64,000 bases of DNA from an uncultured Verrucomicrobiae bacterium (GTDB lineage Bacteria; Verrucomicrobiota; Verrucomicrobiia; Chthoniobacterales; JAFAMB01), in the NCBI GenBank assembly GCA_963762565.1, contig CAVXLD010000007.1, forward strand, positions 224,001-288,000, read 5' to 3'. Both the position numbers and the translations under genes were made by a program. Each line of letters begins with the position of its first letter. Position 1 is the stretch's first letter. This document shows positions 9,796-18,561 of the stretch, in pieces. Below the pieces are notes generated by a model. It had not been told where the DNA came from. It did not search any database and was given only the letters and a program-made list of their open reading frames with translations.

Positions 9796-10090
9796 TGGAG
9801 GGGACCCGCTTTACCGTGCTCCGATAGAAAAGGTCTATTCGCGGGTTGAGAGCTGGCGCGGCCGATAGATTGGATACCAGGCGGATCCCGGGAATTACCC
9901 AGCGCGTTGATTTCAGTATGGTTGTGCGGGTTATAGTTCCAAGATTCACGCGGCGTAGGATAGCCCATGACAAAACCACATCTGGAGCCGTTCCCGGGAG
10001 CCGCCTGCTAGCCATCCGGTCAGGACGAACTACATTATGGATTCCAGATACGCTGGGTTACGTTCAACGTGATAAAGCGGCTCCCCTCCA
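9796..10090. mobile_element. Family G inverted doublet (GGAGGGGAGCCGCTTT ends)
   Basis: tggaggggacccgcttta ... taaagcggctcccctcca; inner caggcggatcccggga/tcccgggagccgcctg; homologous to 54204-54409. Confidence 0.7.
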
Positions 10091-10159
10091 AATTTGTGCG
10101 CGCCGGATTCGCCGCTTTCCTGCTCGTTCCTTTGCACCTATTTATTGTAATCCTTTCGC

Positions 10160-11567
10160 ATGGGTACAGGCATTGAATATGGCTGGCTGCCGGATTTCCT
10201 GCTGATAAACGGTGAGATAAAGAGCGGCATAGCGTTCTTTGCTGACGAGTCGCGGAATTATTACTCGCTTGTCAGGAGCCGGAGAGGATCTGGCCCATGC
10301 TCAGCGGCTGAAAAATCGGGCTGTTTTCCCAGGGCTAGTAAATGTCCATTCCCACACCTTCCAGCGGGCTATCCGGGGCCGGACCGAATGGCGGAACCAG
10401 GGTCAACGCGACACCTTCTGGACTTGGCGAGAAAAGATGTATGACGCGGCAACTCGTTTGACTCCGGAACAGATCTATCAAACCGCCAGAGCTGCGTTCT
10501 TGGAAATGCTGTTATCCGGCATCACGACCGTCGGCGAATTCCATTATTTACATCATCAAGCGGACGGCAGGCCGTATACCGATCACAACTTGATCGACAA
10601 ATTGGTGATCCAGGCAGCAAGGGAGATCGGATTGCGAATCGTGCTCTTGCGTACCGCTTACCAGCGTGCGGGGTACGGGAAACAGGCGAACCCGGGACAA
10701 GCTCGGTTCATCACGCCGGACCCGAGCACATTCATTGCCGACACTGAGGACCTCTCCGCTTGGGTGCAAAAGTCATATGCTCGGAATGAAGTTGGTGTCG
10801 GCATCGCGCCTCATAGTGTTCGCGCGGTTACGCAGGATTATCTTTGCGAGATCGCAGAATATGCCCGGCAGCGTGAATTACGGGTTCATATGCATGTGTC
10901 CGAACAGCCGGGCGAAAATGAGGCCTGTATCCAGGAATATGGAGTTTCACCAGTTACATGGTTGCAGCGGATGAATGTGCTGGGGCCGCGGTTCACGGCG
11001 GTGCATGCGATTCATATTAGTGAAGCCGAAGCCGCTTTGTTGGGTGAATCAGACAGCGCAATTTGCGCTTGTCCAACCTCGGAAAGGAATCTGGCAGATG
11101 GCGCCGTCAGAGCGGATTGGCTTCTGGCGCAGGGCGCCACGCTTTGCCTTGGTAGTGACAGTCAAATCCAGATTGATCTCTTGGAAGACGCTCGCCTGCT
11201 CGAGTACCACTTGCGCATGCAACAACTCGAACGGGTAGTGCTGGATCCGCCACTAGCCGGGCGGGAACGGCTGAGCCAGATGCTGTATGAGGCGGCTTCC
11301 AAATCCGGCGGGAAATCGCTTGGCCAAAACGTTGGTGAACTCGCCGTCGGCAGAGCGGCTGACTTCATAGCGATTGACCTTGATGATCTCAGCGTGGCCG
11401 GCGCGAGCCCTGAAACTTTGGTGGCAAACGTGGTGTTTTCACTGGAACGAACAGCAGTGAAAGAGGTCTACGTGGGAGGTCGGTGCGTCGTAGCGCACGG
11501 CCGTCATCCGCTGCAGGAGAGTGTCATTGCCGAGTTTAGCGGGCTGCAGAAGAGTTTTTGGGGATGA
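10160..11567 (+). CDS. hutF: Formiminoglutamate deiminase; apparent +1 frameshift near 10250
   Basis: PGLVNVHSHTFQRA, TFWTWRE, VGEFHYLHH, APHSVRAV, CPTSERNL; a plausible N-terminus (MGTGIEYGWLPD..) is in a different frame from the body. Confidence 0.85.
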
Positions 11568-11594
11568 GCCAGGGGGCAGAAGTCAGGAGGGGGA

Positions 11595-11814
11595 CGGTAG
11601 GGCGAAAATCTCGGCGCGCCCCGGGGTGATCCATTTCTATCGACGTTTCCGCGCCGGATTTGAGCCATGCGTGCGTGTTGCAACATCCAAGACATGATCG
11701 TTCTCAGGACCATCGGGCCAGCGAGATGGCAACCTCACGGCGCGGCTCAAATCCGGCGCGATACACGTGATCAAATTGGTCCGTCCGCGGCGCGCCGAGA
11801 TTTTCGCCCTACCG
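11595..11814. mobile_element. Family F long inverted repeat element (GTAG head)
   Basis: Perfect 26-bp IR 11595-11620/11789-11814 and perfect 17-bp inner IR 11650-11666/11744-11760. Confidence 0.75.
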
Positions 11815-11835
11815 CCCGCAGCCTTCTACCGGCGC

Positions 11836-12012
11836 TTAACACGAAAGCAGTGTGAGGTAGCCTAGCCAATGCCGGAAGAGCAGTCCTATCACCAGGATCA
11901 CGAGACTTCGGATGCCGTAACCTAGGAGAAATGAGAGAGGCACGGCGGAGCAGGCAAGACTGCAGCTGGCTAGCTTACGTGCAAGCAACAGGTGGTTTGA
12001 TTCGATCTTCAT
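11836..12012 (-). CDS. Possible small membrane protein
   Basis: MKIESNHLL..SFLLGYGIRSLVILVIGLLF, two hydrophobic stretches; no recognised family. Confidence 0.25.
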   Translation of the reverse strand: MKIESNHLLLARKLASCSLACSAVPLSFLLGYGIRSLVILVIGLLFRHWLGYLTLLSC

Positions 12013-12134
12013 CGGTTGTCCCTTTAGTTCCCTCCGCCAGTTGCCAGTCTTCGTCTGTATATTAAGAAAATTGGATGGGCAAGGTTTCAAATTTTTTTGA
12101 AGATTGGCGCTTCGCCCGGCTTACAGCCGGGCGA

Positions 12135-12220
12135 AATGACAGATAACAAATGACAAATTGTCGTATCACCCACAGGCGGTGATCGCGGCAATTTGTCATC
12201 TGTCATTTGTCATTTGTCAT
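12135..12220. repeat. Inverted heptamer repeat pair (AATGACA / TGTCATT)
   Basis: atgacagataacaaatgacaaat ... atttgtcatctgtcatttgtcatttgtcat. Confidence 0.7.
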
Positions 12221-12248
12221 CGATCCGAGCTTCGGGCGAGGATGTGCC

Positions 12249-13544
12249 ATGAGCCAATCCGGCAGCGTTACCGAGATTCTACTGGATCTGATTGCGATCC
12301 CTTCGGTGTCGTCGGCTTCAAATCAGGCGGTGATCGATTATGCCAGGGAACGATTGAAACCGAACCAATGGGAAGTTCGAACTTTTCCGTACACTGATCC
12401 CAATGGGATTGAGAAGACAAACTTGATCGCGGTAGCTAAAAAACGTCTCCAACCCGGAGGCCGCGAAGAGCAATTCGGACAAGGAACAATACTCCGACAC
12501 TCCGGGACTCCCGCCCGCAACGCTTCGCGTAGCGATGCGGGCGGGCCAACACTCCGCTCGACCGGATTCGAGGACGACGACGAGAACGAAGCGCATAGTG
12601 AGCGCCCAGAGACAGTCGAGTTGGCCCTGGTTTGTCACACGGACACGGTCCCGTATCCGGATGATTGGCCGGAAGCGGTTCACCCAAAAGTGATCGATGG
12701 ACGGGTCTACGGAAGAGGAGCCTGTGACGTTAAAGGGTTTCTGGCCTGTATTTTAGCCGCAGTCGGGGATCTGGATGTGCCGGAGCGTTCGGTCGCGGTT
12801 GTCCTTACCGCGGATGAAGAAATCGGGTGTGTGGGCGCGAAGCGTCTGCTTGGAGAAAGGCAGCTCTGTGCACGCAACGCGGTGGTGGGCGAGCCAACCC
12901 AATTGCATCCGGTGATCGCAGGAAAGGGTTATGCCTTGGGGGAAGTCGTGGTGCGTGGTAAGGCGGCCCACAGCGCGTTTCCGCAGGTTGGCCGTTCGGC
13001 AATCCTTGATGCCGCAACTCTCATCGATTCGATCCGAAAGATTGGGCTCCAGGCTGCCGCGCGGCGCCATGAACGGTTTGATCCACCTTTCACCACCATC
13101 AACATCGGGACGATCTCGGGAGGGACGGCTAAAAATATAGTCCCGGCCGAATGCCGATTCTTAGTCGAATGGAGACCTGTTCCGGGACAGAGCGAACGCT
13201 GGATCGCTGACCTGATTCGGGAGGAGCTAGCCCGGGCGCAAAAGGACGATCCGGGATTACAAGCTACATTTGAGCCGATGCGGATCGATCCCGGATTTGA
13301 AACCAATCAGCAAAGCAGATTAGTCCGCGAACTCGAACGCTTAAGCGGCAACCAACCCGTCTCGGTGGCATTTGGTACCGAGGCCCCTTACTTGAAAAAG
13401 TTGGGCGCCGAGACCGTGGTTTTCGGTCCCGGCGATATGAAGACAGCGCATTCCGTGGCAGAAAATGTGCCGATCGAGGAATTGGAACGGTGTGTCGCGG
13501 TTCTCAGGGAGCTCGTGGACACGTTGGGTCGCGGTCCCCTATAG
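12249..13544 (+). CDS. M20 family ArgE-like amidohydrolase (acetylornithine deacetylase-like) with a repeat-derived insertion
   Basis: HTDTVP, YGRGACDVKG, DEEIG, GEPT, GKAAHSA, FGTEA, AHS; ATG 12249 preferred because the upstream ORF part is repeat. Confidence 0.85.
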   Translation: MSQSGSVTEILLDLIAIPSVSSASNQAVIDYARERLKPNQWEVRTFPYTDPNGIEKTNLIAVAKKRLQPGGREEQFGQGTILRHSGTPARNASRSDAGGPTLRSTGFEDDDENEAHSERPETVELALVCHTDTVPYPDDWPEAVHPKVIDGRVYGRGACDVKGFLACILAAVGDLDVPERSVAVVLTADEEIGCVGAKRLLGERQLCARNAVVGEPTQLHPVIAGKGYALGEVVVRGKAAHSAFPQVGRSAILDAATLIDSIRKIGLQAAARRHERFDPPFTTINIGTISGGTAKNIVPAECRFLVEWRPVPGQSERWIADLIREELARAQKDDPGLQATFEPMRIDPGFETNQQSRLVRELERLSGNQPVSVAFGTEAPYLKKLGAETVVFGPGDMKTAHSVAENVPIEELERCVAVLRELVDTLGRGPL

Positions 13545-13664
13545 AGCCCTGAACAAATAGGACCTATGGGACTTATATGACTTATAGGATTGGACCAAGC
13601 GGTCCTATTTGCACACTTGGGTGCCACGCCCATACGCCGTTACGCCGACACGCCGATACGTTCC

Positions 13665-14102
13665 CTACGGTTTTCCGCCAAAGCTGGCGTAGTCATCTAG
13701 GTCGAGCATGTCGAACCAAGTGACAACGTCGTCTCGTTCGGGAGCCACTTTCTGGACCATCTCGCTGAGGTATCCTCGACCTTCGTTGTCCGATGGGCTT
13801 CTCTGAAGTTGGTACTGCGACCAATCATAGATTTCGAAATCGGTCCGCTTGCTATTGTCTCGGATCCAAGCCAAGACTTCGGAATCTGATTTTCCGTCCT
13901 GCAAAAGTTTCAGAATATCATCGGCGCTGACGCCGAGGAACGCGGTTAGACGCTGGTCGAGCGGGCAATTGAAGTGGTATTCTCCGGCAGTGCCTGCGAG
14001 GTGGGCGCGGCCCTTGTCGAGCATTCGTGGCAGCATGACGCATCCGCCGAGTTTGATTCTTGGGCTGCGAGGAGGGCGTTGGGTAAGATCGGTTGAATTC
14101 AT
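13665..14102 (-). CDS. DUF5069-like protein
   Basis: PRSPRIKLGG..LPRMLDKGRA..GEYHFNCPLD pattern. Confidence 0.75.
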   Translation of the reverse strand: MNSTDLTQRPPRSPRIKLGGCVMLPRMLDKGRAHLAGTAGEYHFNCPLDQRLTAFLGVSADDILKLLQDGKSDSEVLAWIRDNSKRTDFEIYDWSQYQLQRSPSDNEGRGYLSEMVQKVAPERDDVVTWFDMLDLDDYASFGGKP

Positions 14103-14238
14103 CTCGAAGGAAACTGGTGACGACCGACGGGTTCGTCAACAGCCGGAAACGGTTCGATTTCAGTTGGCGCGTCTCTGCGCCAGCTAAAATCGAACCCTTT
14201 CCGGCTACTAGCTTCCTTGCGCTCAAAAGCGTACGCTT

Positions 14239-15237
14239 TTGAGCGCAAGGAAAGCTCTTGCATGGGGGATAGGCCTACCGCTATTAAACAGGTCTGTGTG
14301 TCCCCGCTTTAGTCCACTAATCGTCGCGGCAGCGACGTTATTCGGTCAATCCATATTGGCCGATTCGTTTGTCTTTGACCCGACAACCAATGGACGAGTT
14401 CCACTTCCCTCTTGGTTGCCTGATCGACCGGTGGCAATCGCCAGTAATCATGCTGAGTTATCTTTCCCCATCCACCCCGTGAGCGATGACGATGACCTCG
14501 CTTTAACGGTCGTTTTCGTTGAAGATTTTGGAGGGTATCTCAGCGTGTATTGGCAGCCTCAAGGCGGCTCCCGGCAGCTAATCTGCGCGAATCTGTTCGA
14601 AAACATCTCCCTACCGAACCAGCGGACGATCCTGATTAATCGGCCAACTCTGGGCGGCCCCGGGAAATTGATTCTGCAATCCAGCTCCGATGTATTGAAC
14701 ATCAAGCGAGTCCAGCTCGACTGGGCCCGCCCAGGCGTGGTCCGGTTGTACGATCTGATGCCGAACGGAGCTTTAATCAGCACTGAAGGCAAGATTTACG
14801 CACCGGAAGAAGTGGATGGTAGTCCGCTCACCCCGGTCGCAGATCGATGGGATCGCGGGGTTTTAACCACCTCGGTTACGGACAAGGCGGAACGTATCGA
14901 ACAAGGCGTTGAGTACCCGGTATCAATTACCAAACCGGTTCGCCGAGTACGCGTGGAGGTTTTAGTTAATGGGTTGGCATTCGGCCATTCGGTCAAACTT
15001 TGGCTTAACGGCCAGTTAGTTGGATCGTTAGCGATGGAGATTCCAGAGCTGACCGATCCTGGCTATTTTCACAGCCGCTCGCGCGGAGATCACTATGACG
15101 GTTGGCGGAAGGGTGTTTTCCTACTTTCTTCCAATCAAGTGAGGAAAGGGGAAAATGTATTTCAGTTCCAAGGTCCGGCAAAGACGCCGCTAGCCATCAG
15201 AGACTTCTTACTGCAGATTCAATATGCCTCTGATTGA
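14239..15237 (+). CDS. Hypothetical exported beta-rich protein heading the T2SS-like cluster
   Basis: 332-aa ORF, hydrophobic N-terminal segment, 36 bp upstream of gspG; start uncertain. Confidence 0.7.
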   Translation: MSARKALAWGIGLPLLNRSVCPRFSPLIVAAATLFGQSILADSFVFDPTTNGRVPLPSWLPDRPVAIASNHAELSFPIHPVSDDDDLALTVVFVEDFGGYLSVYWQPQGGSRQLICANLFENISLPNQRTILINRPTLGGPGKLILQSSSDVLNIKRVQLDWARPGVVRLYDLMPNGALISTEGKIYAPEEVDGSPLTPVADRWDRGVLTTSVTDKAERIEQGVEYPVSITKPVRRVRVEVLVNGLAFGHSVKLWLNGQLVGSLAMEIPELTDPGYFHSRSRGDHYDGWRKGVFLLSSNQVRKGENVFQFQGPAKTPLAIRDFLLQIQYASD

Positions 15238-15273
15238 CTTGAATAGCGGATGCACTAGCTTCGGACCGGCCTT

Positions 15274-15732
15274 ATGAAACGTAAAGTAGTTGCAAGTCGC
15301 AGGGCTAATATTGCTAGGAATAATCGCGGGCGTGCCGGGTATACGCTGATGGAGATAATGTTGGTGGTGGCGATCATCGCCGTGCTCGCGGGCGGTGTCA
15401 TCATCAAAATGACCGGCATTTTGGACGTAACGAAGATACAACGCTCGGAGCAGGATATCGCGAACATCTACAGCGCTCTCAAACTTTACGAGGCGCGCAA
15501 CAATGAACTGCCCGAGCAAAGCCAAGGTTTGGAAGCGCTGGTGAGTCCTCCCAGCACTGGTACTCCGCCAGCGAACTGGGTTAGGTTGATGGATAGCTTA
15601 CCCATCGACCCTTGGAATACTCCTTATCAATATCGCAACCCCGGCAAGAAAGATCCATCTGGGGTAGACGTCTATTCGCTAGGACCGCAACGCAAGGAAG
15701 GCGAAGGTAACATCTACCGGCGCGTTAATTAG
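15274..15732 (+). CDS. gspG: T2SS major pseudopilin
   Basis: G|YTLMEIMLVV prepilin site; GLEALV, DPWNTPYQY, DVYSLG. Confidence 0.9.
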   Translation: MKRKVVASRRANIARNNRGRAGYTLMEIMLVVAIIAVLAGGVIIKMTGILDVTKIQRSEQDIANIYSALKLYEARNNELPEQSQGLEALVSPPSTGTPPANWVRLMDSLPIDPWNTPYQYRNPGKKDPSGVDVYSLGPQRKEGEGNIYRRVN

Positions 15733-15736
15733 CGCC

Positions 15737-16294
15737 GTGAACGCCCTCACCGCTGTGAACGCCGTGAACGCAAAACCGTCCGCCGGCGTTTTTGTAAGGT
15801 TTCGACGGCGGCAACCTACCGCTCGCCGAACGGGGGCTTTTACGTTGCTCGAGATTTGTTTTGTATTGTTTATCGTGGCCGTTCTATTCGCGGTAGCTGC
15901 GCCGCCCGTCGCCAAACAGTTTCAGGAGGAACAAATCAGGAAGCCGGTACGCGAACTTCAGAGTTTCGCTAAAACGGCTCGGCGACTCGCTATGGAACAA
16001 GACCGCGCTTATGTGATTCTTCTATTGGACACCGGGTACCTGTTAGAACCGTTGGAGAAGAAGGATGGAGACGCCCAATCGCTTCGCTACGATCTGCCGG
16101 CCGGGGTTAAGTTCGAGATTCAGCGGCCTGCAGATCGCGGTTTGAAGGCCGTGGCAGACGCGCGCTGGATATTCACGCCCAACGGCCTCTGTGAGCCAAT
16201 TACCTTCTTTTTCCAACGCAACCAGGATTGGGTCCGATTTAGGATCGATGCGCTGACGGCGAGGATGGAGAACGAGGAATCGTTTATCCGATGA
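15737..16294 (+). CDS. Minor pseudopilin, GspH-like
   Basis: A|FTLLEICFVL site; FTPNG motif; position after gspG. Confidence 0.75.
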   Translation: MNALTAVNAVNAKPSAGVFVRFRRRQPTARRTGAFTLLEICFVLFIVAVLFAVAAPPVAKQFQEEQIRKPVRELQSFAKTARRLAMEQDRAYVILLLDTGYLLEPLEKKDGDAQSLRYDLPAGVKFEIQRPADRGLKAVADARWIFTPNGLCEPITFFFQRNQDWVRFRIDALTARMENEESFIR

Positions 16295-16698
16295 GCCCAC
16301 AGACCATAACCCGAGTTCGGCCGGCCGACAGGAACGGTTTTGTGCTTTGGGAAATGTTGCTGGGTCTGGCCATTTTTTGTATTGGCGCGATTGCCCTTAC
16401 CATGGCGCTTCAGCAAGCCGTCGATACAGTGATCTTGATCCATGACGAGTCGGAAGTTCGCCAGGACCTAGAAAGCATTCTAGCGGAGGCAAGCTCCATT
16501 AAATTGCAACCAGGGAAAACAGCGATTTTCATGGGAGATCACCGTATTCAGTATGAGCGAGAGGTAGTTTCGCTTCCTGCTAAGAACTGGAAAGGCCAAG
16601 CGGTGGCGAATCTCTGGAAGGTAACCGTGCGAGCAACCTGGTCAGCAAGGAACCGGGTTCGAACGAGCGAAGCCCAGGAGGTTCTTTTCCAGCCATGA
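16291..16698 (+). CDS. Minor pseudopilin, GspI-like
   Basis: G|FVLWEMLLGL site; ATGA overlap with the upstream gene. Confidence 0.7.
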   Translation: MSPQTITRVRPADRNGFVLWEMLLGLAIFCIGAIALTMALQQAVDTVILIHDESEVRQDLESILAEASSIKLQPGKTAIFMGDHRIQYEREVVSLPAKNWKGQAVANLWKVTVRATWSARNRVRTSEAQEVLFQP

Positions 16699-17411
16699 AA
16701 AGCATTTCTCCTATCTGGTTTGACGTTTCCGATGTCTGGCTGGCTAGCGGTGTGCCTCGGCGTACGAACTCGCCCCACGCAAGAAACGTCAAACCAGATA
16801 GGAGAAATGCTAGCGGCTATCTGCTTCTCGAGGTTCTTCTAGCACTGGTAGTCCTATCGATCATCGTCGGCCTTGTTTTCCGGATCATCCAAACAACGTC
16901 AACGGTGACTTCGAATGTGCAGTTCCTCCAATCCCAGCAAGAACACAGCGATGGCATCTACGAAATCTTAAGGAAAGACATCGAGTCTCTACCGGCTACG
17001 GCAGAGTTTCAGACCAAGCGAACCAGGGATGATTTCGAGCTGATTTTTGATGAGGCATCCTTCAACTTTTCGTGGAAAGGCGTGAATTCGGGGTTCGGGA
17101 CGGTAGTCCTCGCAGTGAAAAACCAACCGGACGGCCGTTTCAGCCTGGTAGCAACCGAGATACCAGAACCTCCTGTATCCGATCCGGATGCGACCGCTCC
17201 TCCACCGATCATTACAACGCTGATAACCGGTCTGGTCCGCTGTGATTGGCGGTTTTTCGATCGGAATTCAGGAAGGTGGGTCACGAATTGGACGACCGGT
17301 GCAGAGAAACCAACTCTCTTCGAGTGTACATTTCAGGTAAGTGGGCAGCCGGCGCCGGTGCGAGCGGTGTTTCCTTGGAGGGTGGCCGCGACAAACGTTG
17401 GCGGCGCGTAG
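16695..17411 (+). CDS. Minor pseudopilin, GspJ-like, with a palindrome-encoded leader
   Basis: G|YLLLEVLLAL site; ATGA overlap; WRFFD..W..NW. Confidence 0.75.
   Translation: MKSISPIWFDVSDVWLASGVPRRTNSPHARNVKPDRRNASGYLLLEVLLALVVLSIIVGLVFRIIQTTSTVTSNVQFLQSQQEHSDGIYEILRKDIESLPATAEFQTKRTRDDFELIFDEASFNFSWKGVNSGFGTVVLAVKNQPDGRFSLVATEIPEPPVSDPDATAPPPIITTLITGLVRCDWRFFDRNSGRWVTNWTTGAEKPTLFECTFQVSGQPAPVRAVFPWRVAATNVGGA
16701..16811. repeat. Perfect 29-bp inverted repeat inside the GspJ-like leader
   Basis: agcatttctcctatctggtttgacgtttc (16701-16729) / gaaacgtcaaaccagataggagaaatgct (16783-16811). Confidence 0.85.
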
Positions 17412-17424
17412 AGGAGACTGAGGT

Positions 17425-18561
17425 ATGTCAACTCCCCGCAGAGCAATGAACAACGATGATCGTCTGGGTTTTGGGATCGCGGCTACGGAGCTTTTACACC
17501 CAAGACTGACGGCTCGGCAGTTTCACGGTCCAATCGAATCAGGGATATCAAACCGTCGACAACTCCGGCCGAAGTACTCGATCATTCGGGAGCCTCGCCC
17601 CACCAATCACCAATCACCAATCACGACTCACCTCTCACGCCAGAGGGGTTCCGCTCTTTTGCTCGTGCTTTTTACTCTGCTGCTAATCTCGGGCTTAATA
17701 CTCAGCGCTTTGAGTTTCCTGGAGTCTGGCGTGGAAGACTACGGGGCCCTGAATCATCAGTTCCGCGCCAGGCAGTTGGCCAGGTCCGGCTTGGCTTTTG
17801 GCCTGAATCCGCAGGTCGCCAATCAAGATACCCCGCTATTAAACCAGAAATTCAAACCGAATGGTGAATTCCATGTCGTGATCAGCAGTGAATCGACCAA
17901 GCTGAACATCAACACCCTCTTGGAACAACAGCGGGACGACATTCTGCAGACTTTGTTTTTGCAATGGAACGTGCCGTTGAAGGCAGTGAACAACGTAATC
18001 AACGGCTTGAAGAAATGGACCAATGGTAACCAGGAAATTCAGCCGGTTGGGACCAACCAGCAGGCTGCGCCGTCGCAGGAAGCAGGAGTCCAGACTGGCC
18101 AGCAGGAAGGGATTGAGTTAGTCCGGCCGTTTATGGCTGTCTCGGAGATGGCGGAGGTGCCTGGGTTTAACGCGGTCATCGAGGCAAAACCGGACTGGGC
18201 CGACTATTTCACGGTATGGAGTGATGGCACCATTGATGTGAACCTGGCCGACCCCAGCATGATTTCGCTGGTGACTGGGGTCACTTTGGCGCAAGCCAGA
18301 CAGTTTGTTCAACACATCTGGGGACCGGACGGAATTCCATTTACAAGTGATGATCAACCTTACCAGAATTGGAGCGACGTTATGCTGCGCCTGGGTATGT
18401 CCTCGCAACAATTTCAGATCGTGCAAAATCTCCTAAGCTTATCGAGCTCGGTGGATCGCGTGGACAGTACGGGGACGGTCGGAAAGTATTCGACGACCAT
18501 CTCAGTGGTCGCGAAGCGATCCTCGATTCCGGTATCTTATTTGTTATGGCAGGAAAAATAG
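17425..18561 (+). CDS. GspK-like pseudopilin with a repeat-derived long leader
   Basis: RQRG|SALLLVL, ESTKLNIN, IDVNLA, GPDG; RBS-like gaggag upstream. Confidence 0.8.
   Translation: MSTPRRAMNNDDRLGFGIAATELLHPRLTARQFHGPIESGISNRRQLRPKYSIIREPRPTNHQSPITTHLSRQRGSALLLVLFTLLLISGLILSALSFLESGVEDYGALNHQFRARQLARSGLAFGLNPQVANQDTPLLNQKFKPNGEFHVVISSESTKLNINTLLEQQRDDILQTLFLQWNVPLKAVNNVINGLKKWTNGNQEIQPVGTNQQAAPSQEAGVQTGQQEGIELVRPFMAVSEMAEVPGFNAVIEAKPDWADYFTVWSDGTIDVNLADPSMISLVTGVTLAQARQFVQHIWGPDGIPFTSDDQPYQNWSDVMLRLGMSSQQFQIVQNLLSLSSSVDRVDSTGTVGKYSTTISVVAKRSSIPVSYLLWQEK
17508..17604 (-). repeat. Single family E arm (97 bp) in frame within the GspK-like leader
   Basis: Reverse complement aligns with 47424-47520 and 8224-8320. 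Confidence 0.75.
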
